DNA of 35,813 nucleotides from a virus (IMGVR_UViG_3300020576_001964:1-35813), one strand, 5' to 3'; counted from the stretch's first letter, positions 1-8,325 are shown. Numbers and translations: made by a program. The notes: a model not told the origin generated them from the letters alone.

Positions 1-77
1 TCCACCTTGTGCTTGACGACGGCCACGGTGCCGAGGAATGCGAGCGCCGCCACCGCGTAGACGATGAGCATGACCGG
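1..77. repeat. Terminal exact duplicate (copy 1) of 35737..35813; circular-closure overlap
   Basis: Read directly: bases 1-77 (tccaccttgtgcttgacg...gagcatgaccgg) equal 35737-35813. A 77-nt overlap is what a k-mer assembler leaves on a closed circular contig. Confidence 0.95.
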
Positions 78-215
78 GACCACGAAGCCGCGCGTATACT
101 TGGCGGCGAGGCGGGAAGATGCCGGTGCAAATCCGGCCCCAGCAGCACCAGCGGCGACGGCCAATGGATGGGTGGCGGAATTCGTAGACGCGCCCGCCGC
201 TTTACTGTTCGTCAT
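1..215 (-). CDS. i-spanin (Rz-like), N-terminal segment of a gene that crosses the contig junction and continues at 35736 down to 35274
   Basis: In the frame of track ORF 35274..35807, no stop occurs from position 71 up to an ATG at 215-213. That ATG overlaps the TGA (214-212) of the preceding gene (ATGA coupling). The extension reads MTNSKAAGASTNSATHPLAVAAGAAGAGFAPASSRLAAKYTRGFVVPV, then MLIVYAVAALAFLGTVAVV (TM). Valid only if the contig is circular. The internal ATG at 71 (=35807) is an alternative start. Confidence 0.55.
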   Translation of the reverse strand, partial: MTNSKAAGASTNSATHPLAVAAGAAGAGFAPASSRLAAKYTRGFVVPVMLIVYAVAALAFLGTVAVVKHKV

Positions 216-475
216 TTGTCGTCCACCACATCAGGTTTCGGCGTGTCGGGCTTCGGTGGCTCCCATTTCACGCCATTGGCCATGTAGAAATTTAAGAGCA
301 GCGGCAGCACGCCCCACACCACGGCGGGATAGCTCGCCTGCGCGGCCGATGGGTCTTTGAGCGCGAGGAACCACTGCGACACCTGTAGCGCGTGCCACAG
401 GTAGACGCCGAGGACCGCGCGCGGGACCAGGCGCGCCAGGTCGAACGCGCGCCAGAATCTCGCCCATGCCCTCAC
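212..475 (-). CDS. Small two-TM membrane protein in the lysis cassette (holin/antiholin-like)
   Basis: GTG at 475-473 overlaps the endolysin TGA (GTGA). 87 aa with two hydrophobic helices (LVPRAVLGVYLWHALQVSQWFLAL and YPAVVWGVLPLLLNFYMA) and a charged PKPDTPKPDVVDDK tail. The longer 183-aa track ORF overlaps the endolysin and is Arg-rich. Confidence 0.6.
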   Translation of the reverse strand: MRAWARFWRAFDLARLVPRAVLGVYLWHALQVSQWFLALKDPSAAQASYPAVVWGVLPLLLNFYMANGVKWEPPKPDTPKPDVVDDK

Positions 476-918
476 GGCTTGCCCGTGTAGTCGCCGTCGA
501 GATAGATGGCCCATTCCGCCTTGCGCCGCTTGAGCAGGCCGGGGACGTGGACGCCGTTGTCCAAGTCCCAAAAGAGGAAGCGATCGGCGCACTCCGCGTC
601 GTTGCCGGCGTTGAACCGACGCATGGTCCCCGAGGTTCCAACCGCCTGCACGCCGCAGTTGTAGGCCAGCGACACCAGCGCGTCGAATTGCTGTTGGCTC
701 GGCTCGCGCTTCATGAACTCGGACAGCCCTTCGGCGTGCCGTGTCAGGTCCGCAAGCAACCATTCTCTGGCTTGCGATAACGTCACCGTGTCACCCGGGC
801 CGACGCCGAGCGTACGACCGAAGCCGAGCGTCCACACACCGCCGCCGTCGCGGTACGCCTTCGGCTCGAAACCCTCCCACGCTCCTACGAATTCAACCAA
901 CGCAGTGGAGGGCGTCAT
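472..918 (-). CDS. Endolysin, T4-lysozyme-type (GH24) muramidase
   Basis: ATG at 918-916. 148 aa. WEGFEPKAYRDGGGVWTLGFG reproduces the E-x8-D-x5-T catalytic spacing of T4 lysozyme. ATGA overlap with the upstream gene. No N-terminal signal/SAR segment. Confidence 0.9.
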   Translation of the reverse strand: MTPSTALVEFVGAWEGFEPKAYRDGGGVWTLGFGRTLGVGPGDTVTLSQAREWLLADLTRHAEGLSEFMKREPSQQQFDALVSLAYNCGVQAVGTSGTMRRFNAGNDAECADRFLFWDLDNGVHVPGLLKRRKAEWAIYLDGDYTGKP

Positions 919-1232
919 CGGCGCATCCTCAAGGCTTCTTCCGCCGACGTGATGCGCCGCTCGTGCTCCCGGTCCGCTTGCCGCTGCTGTTCCACTAGTG
1001 ACAGGAACAACTCGCGGTCGCGCCGCGCATCGTCCTTGGTGTACCGCTCGGCCTTGAACTCGGAGATGGTGTCGATCGCCGCGTCGATCTTGGCCGACAG
1101 CGACGCCGCCCACCAGATGCCGCCACCAGTCTGCACGAGCAGCCCGAACAGAAGGACAAGCGGGATCTCCTTCCCGACGTGCCACCGCTGTTCTTTGCGG
1201 CGATCCTCGCCGTCCCACCCCTCCACCGGCAT
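915..1232 (-). CDS. Single-TM membrane protein upstream of the endolysin (holin candidate)
   Basis: ATG at 1232-1230 overlaps the TAA of the tail-fibre gene; the stop overlaps the endolysin ATG. 105 aa: charged N-terminus, one TM (IPLVLLFGLLVQTGGGIWWAASL), then a charged helical tail. Confidence 0.65.
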   Translation of the reverse strand: MPVEGWDGEDRRKEQRWHVGKEIPLVLLFGLLVQTGGGIWWAASLSAKIDAAIDTISEFKAERYTKDDARRDRELFLSLVEQQRQADREHERRITSAEEALRMRR

Positions 1233-2239
1233 TACGGCAGCCTCACAATGGTCATGACGGTGCCGTTGGTGCCCTGCACCGTAGTCGCCGCGGTGCCCAG
1301 CACGAATGCCTCGATGAAGTCGTTGTTGGTCGCCGTGAACACGTAACGCACGACGGCCGACGTGATGTTGCTGACCGTCGAGAACGCCCGGGAAGCTGCC
1401 TGCCGCACTGACGAGCCGTTCTTGTAGATTTGCGGCGTCACCGCTGCGCCGGCCGCGGTGTCCAGGAACTCGCATTGGAACTCGACGATGTACTTACCGG
1501 GGTAGTTGCACACCCAACGGTTGTTCGCCGCGCTCCACTCGTTGTTGCTGTCGAGCTCCACCGTCCACCCGGCAAGCTTGGTCGCCGCAGCGAAGCCGGT
1601 TTGGTTCGCCGTCAGCTTGACCGACAGAGCTGTACGAGGATCGAGATAGGAAGGGCTCGCGTACGAGATGATCCCGTAGTTGAGCGCCGATAGCCCCGCG
1701 TCGAGCGTGCCGCCCGAGTCGAATTGGATATTGACGCCGGTGTTGACCGCGAACGACGAGGACTTGACCGTACCGTACACCGTGCCCGCGGTGACTTGCG
1801 CCTTGATCCGCCGCCCCGTGTGGTAGATGGACGTCACGTCCACGCCCATGACGTTCAAGGCGTTGGCGCTCACGTAGGCCAGCGTGTTGGCCTCACGCAC
1901 CCATTCCGTTGGGTATGGCTGCGGGTAGCCGAAGGCAACAGGCACGTTGTCCTGCGTGTAGACGACGGCGCCGCCCAACGCCACCGGCATGAGGATGACG
2001 ACCTTGTAGAACGCCGCTTGCACCCAAATCTGCGCCGCCCCTGCCGCGTCGAGAATCACCGGGTTGGTGTTGGCGTTGGTGCCGGCCACGCCGTCCACGT
2101 AGGTGGGATAGGTCGCCAGTGGCGTGGACGTGCCGGCGACGTACGTCTGCACCTGGTACGACGCCGCGGGGGCGCCATTGCCGTCAAACCACCGGAAGAT
2201 CGGCACGCCAAGGGGGAAGGCGAAGGGGCTGGTTGCCAC
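1232..2239 (-). CDS. Tail fibre / receptor-binding protein with a C1q/TNF-like C-terminal jelly-roll
   Basis: GTG start at 2239 preceded by GAGGAG. The N-terminus (YQVQTYVAGTSTPLATYPTYVDG...NPVILDAAGAAQIWV) is typical of podovirus fibre adaptor domains. The C-terminal ~130 aa (NNRWVCNYPGKYIVEFQCEF...QIYKNGSSV...FIEAFVLG) fits a C1q-like head pattern. Last structural gene before the lysis cassette. Confidence 0.7.
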   Translation of the reverse strand: MATSPFAFPLGVPIFRWFDGNGAPAASYQVQTYVAGTSTPLATYPTYVDGVAGTNANTNPVILDAAGAAQIWVQAAFYKVVILMPVALGGAVVYTQDNVPVAFGYPQPYPTEWVREANTLAYVSANALNVMGVDVTSIYHTGRRIKAQVTAGTVYGTVKSSSFAVNTGVNIQFDSGGTLDAGLSALNYGIISYASPSYLDPRTALSVKLTANQTGFAAATKLAGWTVELDSNNEWSAANNRWVCNYPGKYIVEFQCEFLDTAAGAAVTPQIYKNGSSVRQAASRAFSTVSNITSAVVRYVFTATNNDFIEAFVLGTAATTVQGTNGTVMTIVRLP

Positions 2240-2262
2240 GGGGCTCCTCTGGGGGTTACGAT
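2233..2262 (+). promoter_or_regulatory. Candidate sigma70 promoter for the antisense small membrane gene
   Basis: TTGCCA (2233-2238), 18-nt spacer, TACGAT (2257-2262). The ATG at 2269 lies 6 nt after the -10, the expected start-site distance, implying a leaderless mRNA. Confidence 0.35.
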
Positions 2263-2268
2263 GGCCGG

Positions 2269-2448
2269 ATGGCCTGGGAAATCAACGAGAACGTGCGGCC
2301 GTACGACCCTCGCAATCCGCGCCCCTCCGAGTGGTGGGCGGCTATCGCGGGCGGTCCGGTGATTTTCTTGCTGACGGTGGGCGCCTTCGTCGGCGCGGTG
2401 CTTCTCTACACCTGGCCGTTCCTGCTCACCTGGCTGCTGTTTCTGTAG
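2269..2448 (+). CDS. Small two-TM membrane protein encoded antisense to the late operon (moron candidate)
   Basis: MAWEINENVRPYDPRNPRPSEWWAAIAGGPVIFLLTVGAFVGAVLLYTWPFLLTWLLFL (59 aa). It fills the only sizeable gap (2240-2425) in the tail gene chain. Third codon positions are about 85% G/C by hand count. Confidence 0.55.
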   Translation: MAWEINENVRPYDPRNPRPSEWWAAIAGGPVIFLLTVGAFVGAVLLYTWPFLLTWLLFL

Positions 2449-4249
2449 CGCCCACGGTTGCCGCGGCGCCGAGCCCGCGCGCCTTCACCGCGAACTTGAG
2501 CATCTCGCTCAGCATGTCGACGTTGGCCGGCGTCGCCTTGCTCATCATCGCTTTCGCGATCGACGGATCGAGCATCGCCTGCACGACGAGGTCGCGCACC
2601 TGCTCCTCGGGGATCTGGTAGAGCCAGCGCAGCGGGCGCGCGAGCGTTTGCAGGGTCGAGTTGGTCGACAGTCCCTTGCCGAACGCCGCGCCAAGCAGGT
2701 TCGCGGTCGACAGGTTCTGGAAGGTGTTCGACCCCACCGCGCGGCCCGCGGTGTCCGACAGCGATGCGCGGTCGAGATCTTCGCCGATCGCGCGCAGCGT
2801 CTGCATCTGCTCGTCGGACATCACGTTGCCGAGCTCGTCGAGCTTGCGGGTGACGACGTTTTGCCACTTCGCCTGCGAGAGGATCGGCTCGCCGGTGACG
2901 TCGGGGCCGGCGAGCCGCGTGCGCGCCTGGATGTCCTGCCCCGCCTCCATGCGATTGATCGGCACGCTGTCGGCCCGATACTGCGCGCGCGCCGCGGCGT
3001 AATCGGGGCTCGCCTTGTCGAGCCAGGACAGCAGATCCTCGCGCGTCTGCGCGATCGCGCGCCGCTGCGCCTTGCCGATGCCGCTCACGGCCGCGGTGTC
3101 GAGCATGTCGTCGAGCGCTAGCTTGACGAGGTGCAGCCCGCGCACGGAGCTCATCACATCGTCCACCGGCTGGCCCGACTCAGCGGCGATCTTGGCGGCC
3201 GTCTTCACCGCGTCCTTGAACGCCGGGCGCTGCGCGAGCGACAGCAGCAGGTCGACGTCGTTCTCGCCGCTGAAACCGCCGGCTTCGGCCTTGTCGTAGT
3301 TGCCTTCCGCCGTCTTCGCGCGCGCATCCTTGGCCGCGTCGACGTCCTCGCGCGTGCCGGCGATGTCCTCGAGCGCGCGGTTGCGCGCCGCGTTGTTGGC
3401 CGACTTCCGCGCCGCGAAGCGCGGATCGGTCGCGGCCAGCGTGCGCTCTGCCTGCAGCAGCCCGAGGTCGCGCGATGCCTGCGCCGTTGTCGGCAGCGAG
3501 CCGGGCACGATCTTAGGCGCGTCGCCCATGTTCGCGGTGGCTGCGTCGGCGTCGCTCGCTATTCGCTTCAGCGTCGCGCCGGCGACCTCTTCGCGCCCGG
3601 CCGCGGAGAACGGCTTGACGACCTGCTTCGCCGCACGCCCCGCCGCCGGCAGCACCAGCCGCGCCGCCTCGATCGACGCCGGCGTCAGGAAGCCGGTTGC
3701 CATGCCGATCGCGAGCTGCACGAGCGGCGACGCGCCATCCTCGCGCGCAACGCCCGCCGCGCCTGCCGCGGTGCCGCCGCCGGCCGCCTGCGCGCCGGCG
3801 TTCGCCGCGAGCGTCTCGCCGACGCCGCGCGTGACGGCATTGGTGGCGCCGGCCAGCCCCTTGCCGAGTGCGACCGTGCCGCCGCCTCCGGCGAGCCCGC
3901 GCGAGACGTCGCCGACCAGGCGCTCGCCCTGCGTCTCAGGACTCGGCAAGCCGACGTCGGTGAGCTTCTCGGACAGCCACTCGCCGAACGGCTTGGCGCC
4001 CGCCAGCCGGCTGATCGGATCCGCGATGATGGCGGGGATGCCCGCCAGCCCCTCGATCGCGTAGCGCGCGGTCAGCCCGGCCTGGCGCGTGAGTTCCTCG
4101 CCGGTCGAACGTGCGGGCGCCGGCGGCTCGCCGCCCTTCATCGCCGCGCGCGGGAGAATGTCACGCTCGATCGCGGTCGCGATCTGGTCGGGCGGCATGT
4201 CGTCGGGGAACTGCACGACGCCCACGCCTTGCACTTGGACGCGCGGCAT
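2426..4249 (-). CDS. Large internal virion / DNA-ejection-type protein (607 aa)
   Basis: ATG at 4249-4247 overlaps the TAA of the upstream gene (TAATG). Starts MPRVQVQGVGVVQFPDDMPPDQIATAIERDILP. Ala/Gly-rich and helical. The 131-codon upstream extension in the track overlaps the previous gene. Function inferred from position only. Confidence 0.6.
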   Translation of the reverse strand: MPRVQVQGVGVVQFPDDMPPDQIATAIERDILPRAAMKGGEPPAPARSTGEELTRQAGLTARYAIEGLAGIPAIIADPISRLAGAKPFGEWLSEKLTDVGLPSPETQGERLVGDVSRGLAGGGGTVALGKGLAGATNAVTRGVGETLAANAGAQAAGGGTAAGAAGVAREDGASPLVQLAIGMATGFLTPASIEAARLVLPAAGRAAKQVVKPFSAAGREEVAGATLKRIASDADAATANMGDAPKIVPGSLPTTAQASRDLGLLQAERTLAATDPRFAARKSANNAARNRALEDIAGTREDVDAAKDARAKTAEGNYDKAEAGGFSGENDVDLLLSLAQRPAFKDAVKTAAKIAAESGQPVDDVMSSVRGLHLVKLALDDMLDTAAVSGIGKAQRRAIAQTREDLLSWLDKASPDYAAARAQYRADSVPINRMEAGQDIQARTRLAGPDVTGEPILSQAKWQNVVTRKLDELGNVMSDEQMQTLRAIGEDLDRASLSDTAGRAVGSNTFQNLSTANLLGAAFGKGLSTNSTLQTLARPLRWLYQIPEEQVRDLVVQAMLDPSIAKAMMSKATPANVDMLSEMLKFAVKARGLGAAATVGATETAAR

Positions 4250-5568
4250 TACCGCATGCCCCCCGGCGTGTACACGTAGTCGACGCCGGAGCCCGCCGGC
4301 GCCGGCTGCAGCGGGCCGGCACTGCCGCCCTGCACCGCCTCGCGCGCCGGATCGCTGCCGATCGGGCGTAGTTTCATGCCGCCGCGCTGCTCGTACGTGG
4401 AAATCGCTTCCGGCGAGAAACCACCGCGGGCATTGGCGACGGCCGCGTTGATGCGCCCCTTCACCAGTGGCCATGCGTTGCGAAGGTCGGTTTCGTTGAA
4501 GGTGCCCGAGGCCATCATTTCCGTCGCGCGCCGCTCGGCTTCGTTTGCCGTCACCGCCCCGCCGCTGTAGAGCTTGAGCAGATCGTTGGCCACCGCCTGG
4601 ATCTGCGACCGCACTTTGTTGCCCTCGGTCGATTGAATCCAATTCGGCTTATTGGCGTCGATCATGCCGACGCCCGGCATATCGCGCACGCCGCTGTACT
4701 TCTGGATCGTTGCGTCGAGCGCGTTGGCCGAGGTGAGCAGGTTCGGCAGCGCGTTGGAATCAACGAACTTGGCCAAAGCCGCCGTTTGCGAGTCGATGCG
4801 GTTGCCTTGGTTCGCCTCGCGCGTCGCCGTGGCGAGATCGCGCGCGCGGGCATCCTGCATATTCGCGATCGTCATGCCCTGCGCTTGGCCTGCCGCCGTC
4901 AACCCTTCCGTCATCCGATTGTGCCGCGCCGCCTCGCGCTGCTGATCGGCCGTGAGCCCTTCGGCAGCAACGTTGTGCCGCCCCGTCTCCGCGCGCGTGT
5001 CCGCCGCGCCCGACAACTCGATCTGCTTGGCCGCGTCGATCGACGACGAGGCCACCGCCCTGACCCAGGAAGCCGGATTGCCGCCGCGGTCGCCGAATGA
5101 GTTGGGGTCGATGCCCACGCGCGACATCACCCCGGCCAGCGTGTCGAGGTCGCGCGCGCCCGCTCCGGGATTGGTCAGGATCGCCTGCGCCATGCCGCCG
5201 ACCATCGCCAGGTCGATCTTGCGCGTCTCGGCCTCCGTCTTACCCGCGTCGGCGGACGTCTTGCGCTGGTCAAGCGCCGCCTTGCGGCGGGCGTCCGATT
5301 CCTTGAGGATCGCGCCGGCCGCCTGCGGATTCGTCGTCACCGCGTTGACGATGGCATCGGTTGAGAAGTTGGACCGCACCAGGTCAGGCAGCGCCGACTC
5401 GTAGGATTTCTGCGCGTCGAGCCCGCGGCGCGCTTGCTCCTCCTCGAGATCGCCCATGCGCCCGCGACGCGCGAGATCGCCCAGCGATAGCGTGGTCGCG
5501 AACTGCTTGACCGGATCGGGCACCTGCACGCCCTGTGCGCCCAGCAGGATCGACGGATCGAAGCCCAT
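4249..5568 (-). CDS. Internal virion protein candidate (439 aa)
   Basis: ATG at 5568-5566 overlaps the upstream TGA (a GTG at 5571 is also possible). Starts MGFDPSILLG. Contains TLSLGDLARRGR near the N-terminus. Ala/Gln/Arg-rich helical protein. Confidence 0.6.
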   Translation of the reverse strand: MGFDPSILLGAQGVQVPDPVKQFATTLSLGDLARRGRMGDLEEEQARRGLDAQKSYESALPDLVRSNFSTDAIVNAVTTNPQAAGAILKESDARRKAALDQRKTSADAGKTEAETRKIDLAMVGGMAQAILTNPGAGARDLDTLAGVMSRVGIDPNSFGDRGGNPASWVRAVASSSIDAAKQIELSGAADTRAETGRHNVAAEGLTADQQREAARHNRMTEGLTAAGQAQGMTIANMQDARARDLATATREANQGNRIDSQTAALAKFVDSNALPNLLTSANALDATIQKYSGVRDMPGVGMIDANKPNWIQSTEGNKVRSQIQAVANDLLKLYSGGAVTANEAERRATEMMASGTFNETDLRNAWPLVKGRINAAVANARGGFSPEAISTYEQRGGMKLRPIGSDPAREAVQGGSAGPLQPAPAGSGVDYVYTPGGMR

Positions 5569-6938
5569 CACGGCTTTCCGCCTCCGAGCGTGTTGACCAG
5601 GTTATTGCCGAACACCAGATTGAGCAGCTGCGTGATCATGGCGTTGGTGGCGTTGGAACCCCCCACCGTGCCGCCGGCCAGCGCGCCGCCACCGGCCAGC
5701 GTGTTGTTCGACAGGAGGTTCGCCAAGGCCGCCTGCAACGTCGAGTTGCCGTTCGCCCCGTTCATGCCGAGCCCAGCCAGATCCCTGAGCGTGCCGTACG
5801 AGAAATTGCGGTCAACGTTCGCCTGCCCCAAATTCGTGTTCAGGTCGTAGCGCCGCTGATCCTCGTTGAAATTCCGATCACCGACCGACGACGTGTAATC
5901 GAAGTTGCGCGAGTCGATCCGATTCGAGTTGTCGAAATTCCGCGAGTCGATCCGATTCGAGTTGTCGAAGTTGCGCGAGTCGATGCGGTTGGAATTGTCG
6001 AAGTTGCGGGTGTCGCGGTACGCATTTTCGTTGAAGTCGCGGCTGTTGGTGAAGCGGTCATATGCCTTGCCGTACTCGTCGGATGCGAGCCCTTCGGCGT
6101 ACTGCGTCTGCGCCTTCATGGTCGGGCCCGACAGCACGTTGCCGCGCGCGGCGGCCGTGTTGTCGAGTGCCTTTTGCCCCTCTCCGAGCCGGAACTTGTA
6201 GCCGGCATCGTCGAAGAAATCCATGGGATTGCCGGGGCTCACGCGCGACAGTCCATCGGATGCCGGCGCCCCGGTGCTGGGCGCGCCCGGCGTGCCGGTG
6301 CTGCCCGTCATCGGCGATCCAGCCGCGCCCGCAGGCGACGTGCTCGTGGGCATGGCCGGCGCGCCGGGCAGCGCACCGCTGCTGCCGGTCATGGGCGAGC
6401 CCGCGGCGCCAGGCCCAGTGGATGACCCCATGCCGCCGCTGTGCAACGCGCTCGCGCCGCCTCCCTGCGCTTGCGCGTTGGTGGCCGAGCTGGGCGCGTA
6501 CCCCGGCGTATTCGGCGCGGTCCAGTTGGTGTACGTGTCGCCGTTGGTGACAATGCCGTTTTGCCCCAGGACGCCGGTGCCGGTGCCGCCGGTGAACCCG
6601 CCGCTGGCGTTGACGCCCGACCATGACGTGCTGGGGTCCACCGTCATGCCGCCGCCGGAACCATTGGGGATGTAGTACCCGTTGGCGATGGCGCCCTTGC
6701 CTTCCTTCACCATCTGGTCGGCGTAGTCCTGATACACATCGGTGCCGATCTTCCACCCCTGCGCCGGCTGCGACGTGTGGCCATACTTCAACGGGTCGTA
6801 GTACTGCCCGCCGGGGCCGAATGCGTTGTTCAGTTGGTGCAGCAGATACTCGTCGCCGCCGAGCGAGGACAGCAACTCGGCCGTGTCCTTCGGATCGTTG
6901 CTGTTCAGCAGTTGGACCTGCCGTGCGGTGAGATTCAT
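5568..6938 (-). CDS. Gly/Asn/Ser/Thr-rich virion protein with 11-aa tandem repeats (456 aa)
   Basis: ATG at 6938 preceded by GGAGG with a 7-nt spacer. Long G/S/T/P/A-rich centre. Repeats RNFDNSNRIDS. Confidence 0.8.
   Translation of the reverse strand: MNLTARQVQLLNSNDPKDTAELLSSLGGDEYLLHQLNNAFGPGGQYYDPLKYGHTSQPAQGWKIGTDVYQDYADQMVKEGKGAIANGYYIPNGSGGGMTVDPSTSWSGVNASGGFTGGTGTGVLGQNGIVTNGDTYTNWTAPNTPGYAPSSATNAQAQGGGASALHSGGMGSSTGPGAAGSPMTGSSGALPGAPAMPTSTSPAGAAGSPMTGSTGTPGAPSTGAPASDGLSRVSPGNPMDFFDDAGYKFRLGEGQKALDNTAAARGNVLSGPTMKAQTQYAEGLASDEYGKAYDRFTNSRDFNENAYRDTRNFDNSNRIDSRNFDNSNRIDSRNFDNSNRIDSRNFDYTSSVGDRNFNEDQRRYDLNTNLGQANVDRNFSYGTLRDLAGLGMNGANGNSTLQAALANLLSNNTLAGGGALAGGTVGGSNATNAMITQLLNLVFGNNLVNTLGGGKP
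5868..6032. repeat. 33-nt tandem repeat, about 5 copies (three near-perfect at 5901-5999), in frame
   Basis: gaagttgcgcgagtcgatccgattcgagttgtc and variants, read directly. Encodes NFDNSNRIDSR units on the minus strand. Confidence 0.9.
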
Positions 6939-6942
6939 TGCC

Positions 6943-7545
6943 CTACCTCCGAGCGGCGATGGCGCCGAGCGTCAGCGGTGCCGACGCGAACTTGGCCGAC
7001 AGGTTCGACGGCGTGCCCTGCGCGACGAACTTAGCCCCTAGCGGCGACGTGTCGAAGTTGGCCATCTTCCCGACCGCGGCCTGCCCGGCGTCGATGTACG
7101 GCTTGTAGTTGGCCGCCGCGCCGTCGATGCGCGCCGTGGCCAGGTCATTGGCCTTGTTCGCCGCGTCCTGCATTTGCTGCGACGCCTTGCCGGTGGCATT
7201 CGCCGCATTGATGCCGCCACCGGCCACGCCGAGGAACGACAGCAGGTTCCCGAGATTCAAACTGCCGTCTTTGCCGACGATGCCCAGCGACTTGAACAAC
7301 GTGGCGATGGCGTTTCCGCCCACGCTTAGAACACTGGACAGGTTGGGCATGCCGAAGCCGCCACCGCTCGCGTCGCCGCTGCCGTTGGTGCCATCGCCAC
7401 CCGCACCGCCGCCCCAGTTGGCATAGGGATCGTCGCTGCCGTTGGACCCGTCGCCGCCGGCGCCGCCGCCCCAATTTGCATACGGGTCATCGTCGGTGTA
7501 CAGCGGGTCGTCGATGCCCCAATTCAATCCATCATCCCAAGGCAT
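6943..7545 (-). CDS. Gly-rich virion protein (200 aa), C-terminus LTLGAIAARR
   Basis: ATG at 7545 preceded by AGGAG with a 6-nt spacer. Internal duplication DDPYANWGGGAGGDG(S/T)NGS. Confidence 0.8.
   Translation of the reverse strand: MPWDDGLNWGIDDPLYTDDDPYANWGGGAGGDGSNGSDDPYANWGGGAGGDGTNGSGDASGGGFGMPNLSSVLSVGGNAIATLFKSLGIVGKDGSLNLGNLLSFLGVAGGGINAANATGKASQQMQDAANKANDLATARIDGAAANYKPYIDAGQAAVGKMANFDTSPLGAKFVAQGTPSNLSAKFASAPLTLGAIAARR
7381..7494. repeat. Diverged 57-nt tandem duplication (2 copies)
   Basis: 7381-7437 versus 7438-7494, read directly. Encodes the DDPYANWGGGAGGDGxNGS repeat. Confidence 0.8.
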
Positions 7546-7638
7546 GCGCGTTACTCCTGAAAGGTGAGAGGTGCAGACGCGGCCGGCGACGTTGCCGGGG
7601 AATGCAGCGCCGGGGAGCCCGGCCGCGCCCGCATGGCC

Positions 7639-8325
7639 TTACCGCCGACGCGCGGCCAACTGGCCCAGCGTAAGCGCCGTTTTCGCGATCCCGGGATCGA
7701 CACCCAGCATCCCCGCGCCCTGCCCGAGCGCGGCGTTGGCGATCATCGACACCGGGTTAAAGTTGCCCCCGGCGATTTGCCCTGCGTACGTGGGCGCCTT
7801 CGCCAGTTGCGAGGTCAGCCACGACGGCAGCGACGACGCGCCGGTAAGCCCGCTCCCCGTCGCGCCGGCCGTCAACCCCGCGGCGCCGCCGATGCCAGCA
7901 CCAGCCATCGCCGCACCCGCCATCGGCGCCAGCGCGCCCACCACGAGCGGCGCGAGCTTCACCCACAACGGATCGGTGGGCTTCACCACGTTCCGGCTGT
8001 TCGTCACGCTGCCGTAGTTGTCGTCCGCGAACACCGCGTTCTTGTTCTTCAACTGCCCGAAGTTGGAGTTGCGCAGATCGAGCCCCAGCGTGCCGCCCTT
8101 CGACGTGGGCGCCTTGCTCACGTCGAAATCAAACCGCACGCCCTGCCCACTGCTACCGCCCTCACCGCCACCAAGGTCGGTCACCGTCGCCTGCGCGTTC
8201 GGGTCGAACGTGCGCAGCGCCGACAGCAGCGCGTCCTTGCCGCCGAAGTGATCGAGCATTTCGGGCGTAAAGACGTTGGCGCCCGAGGTGTACGCCCGCA
8301 GGAAGGTTTCGAGCGGCGCGGCCAC
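7639..8325 (-). CDS. Gly/Ala-rich virion protein (228 aa), C-terminus LTLGQLAARRR
   Basis: Full-length track ORF. Hydrophobic Gly/Ala segment LAPLVVGALAPMAGAAMAGAGIGGAAGLTAGA. Tightly spaced after the 8329 gene. Confidence 0.8.
   Translation of the reverse strand: MAAPLETFLRAYTSGANVFTPEMLDHFGGKDALLSALRTFDPNAQATVTDLGGGEGGSSGQGVRFDFDVSKAPTSKGGTLGLDLRNSNFGQLKNKNAVFADDNYGSVTNSRNVVKPTDPLWVKLAPLVVGALAPMAGAAMAGAGIGGAAGLTAGATGSGLTGASSLPSWLTSQLAKAPTYAGQIAGGNFNPVSMIANAALGQGAGMLGVDPGIAKTALTLGQLAARRR

Noticed and set aside
1-77. The 77-bp end repeat as a biological direct terminal repeat or cos-type end.
   Set aside because: A P22-like terminase and portal set suggests headful packaging. The repeat falls in the middle of a spanin gene, and its length equals a common assembler k-mer. 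This cannot be fully excluded without reads.
472-1218. Long N-terminally extended versions of real genes in the ORF track: 472..1218, 2426..4642, 14668..15660, 20998..21930, 25472..25729, 26192..26842, 30359..31072.
   Set aside because: The extensions overlap the upstream gene and are Arg/Gly-rich. Internal starts show RBSs and/or ATGA/GTGA/TAATG coupling exactly at the upstream stop.
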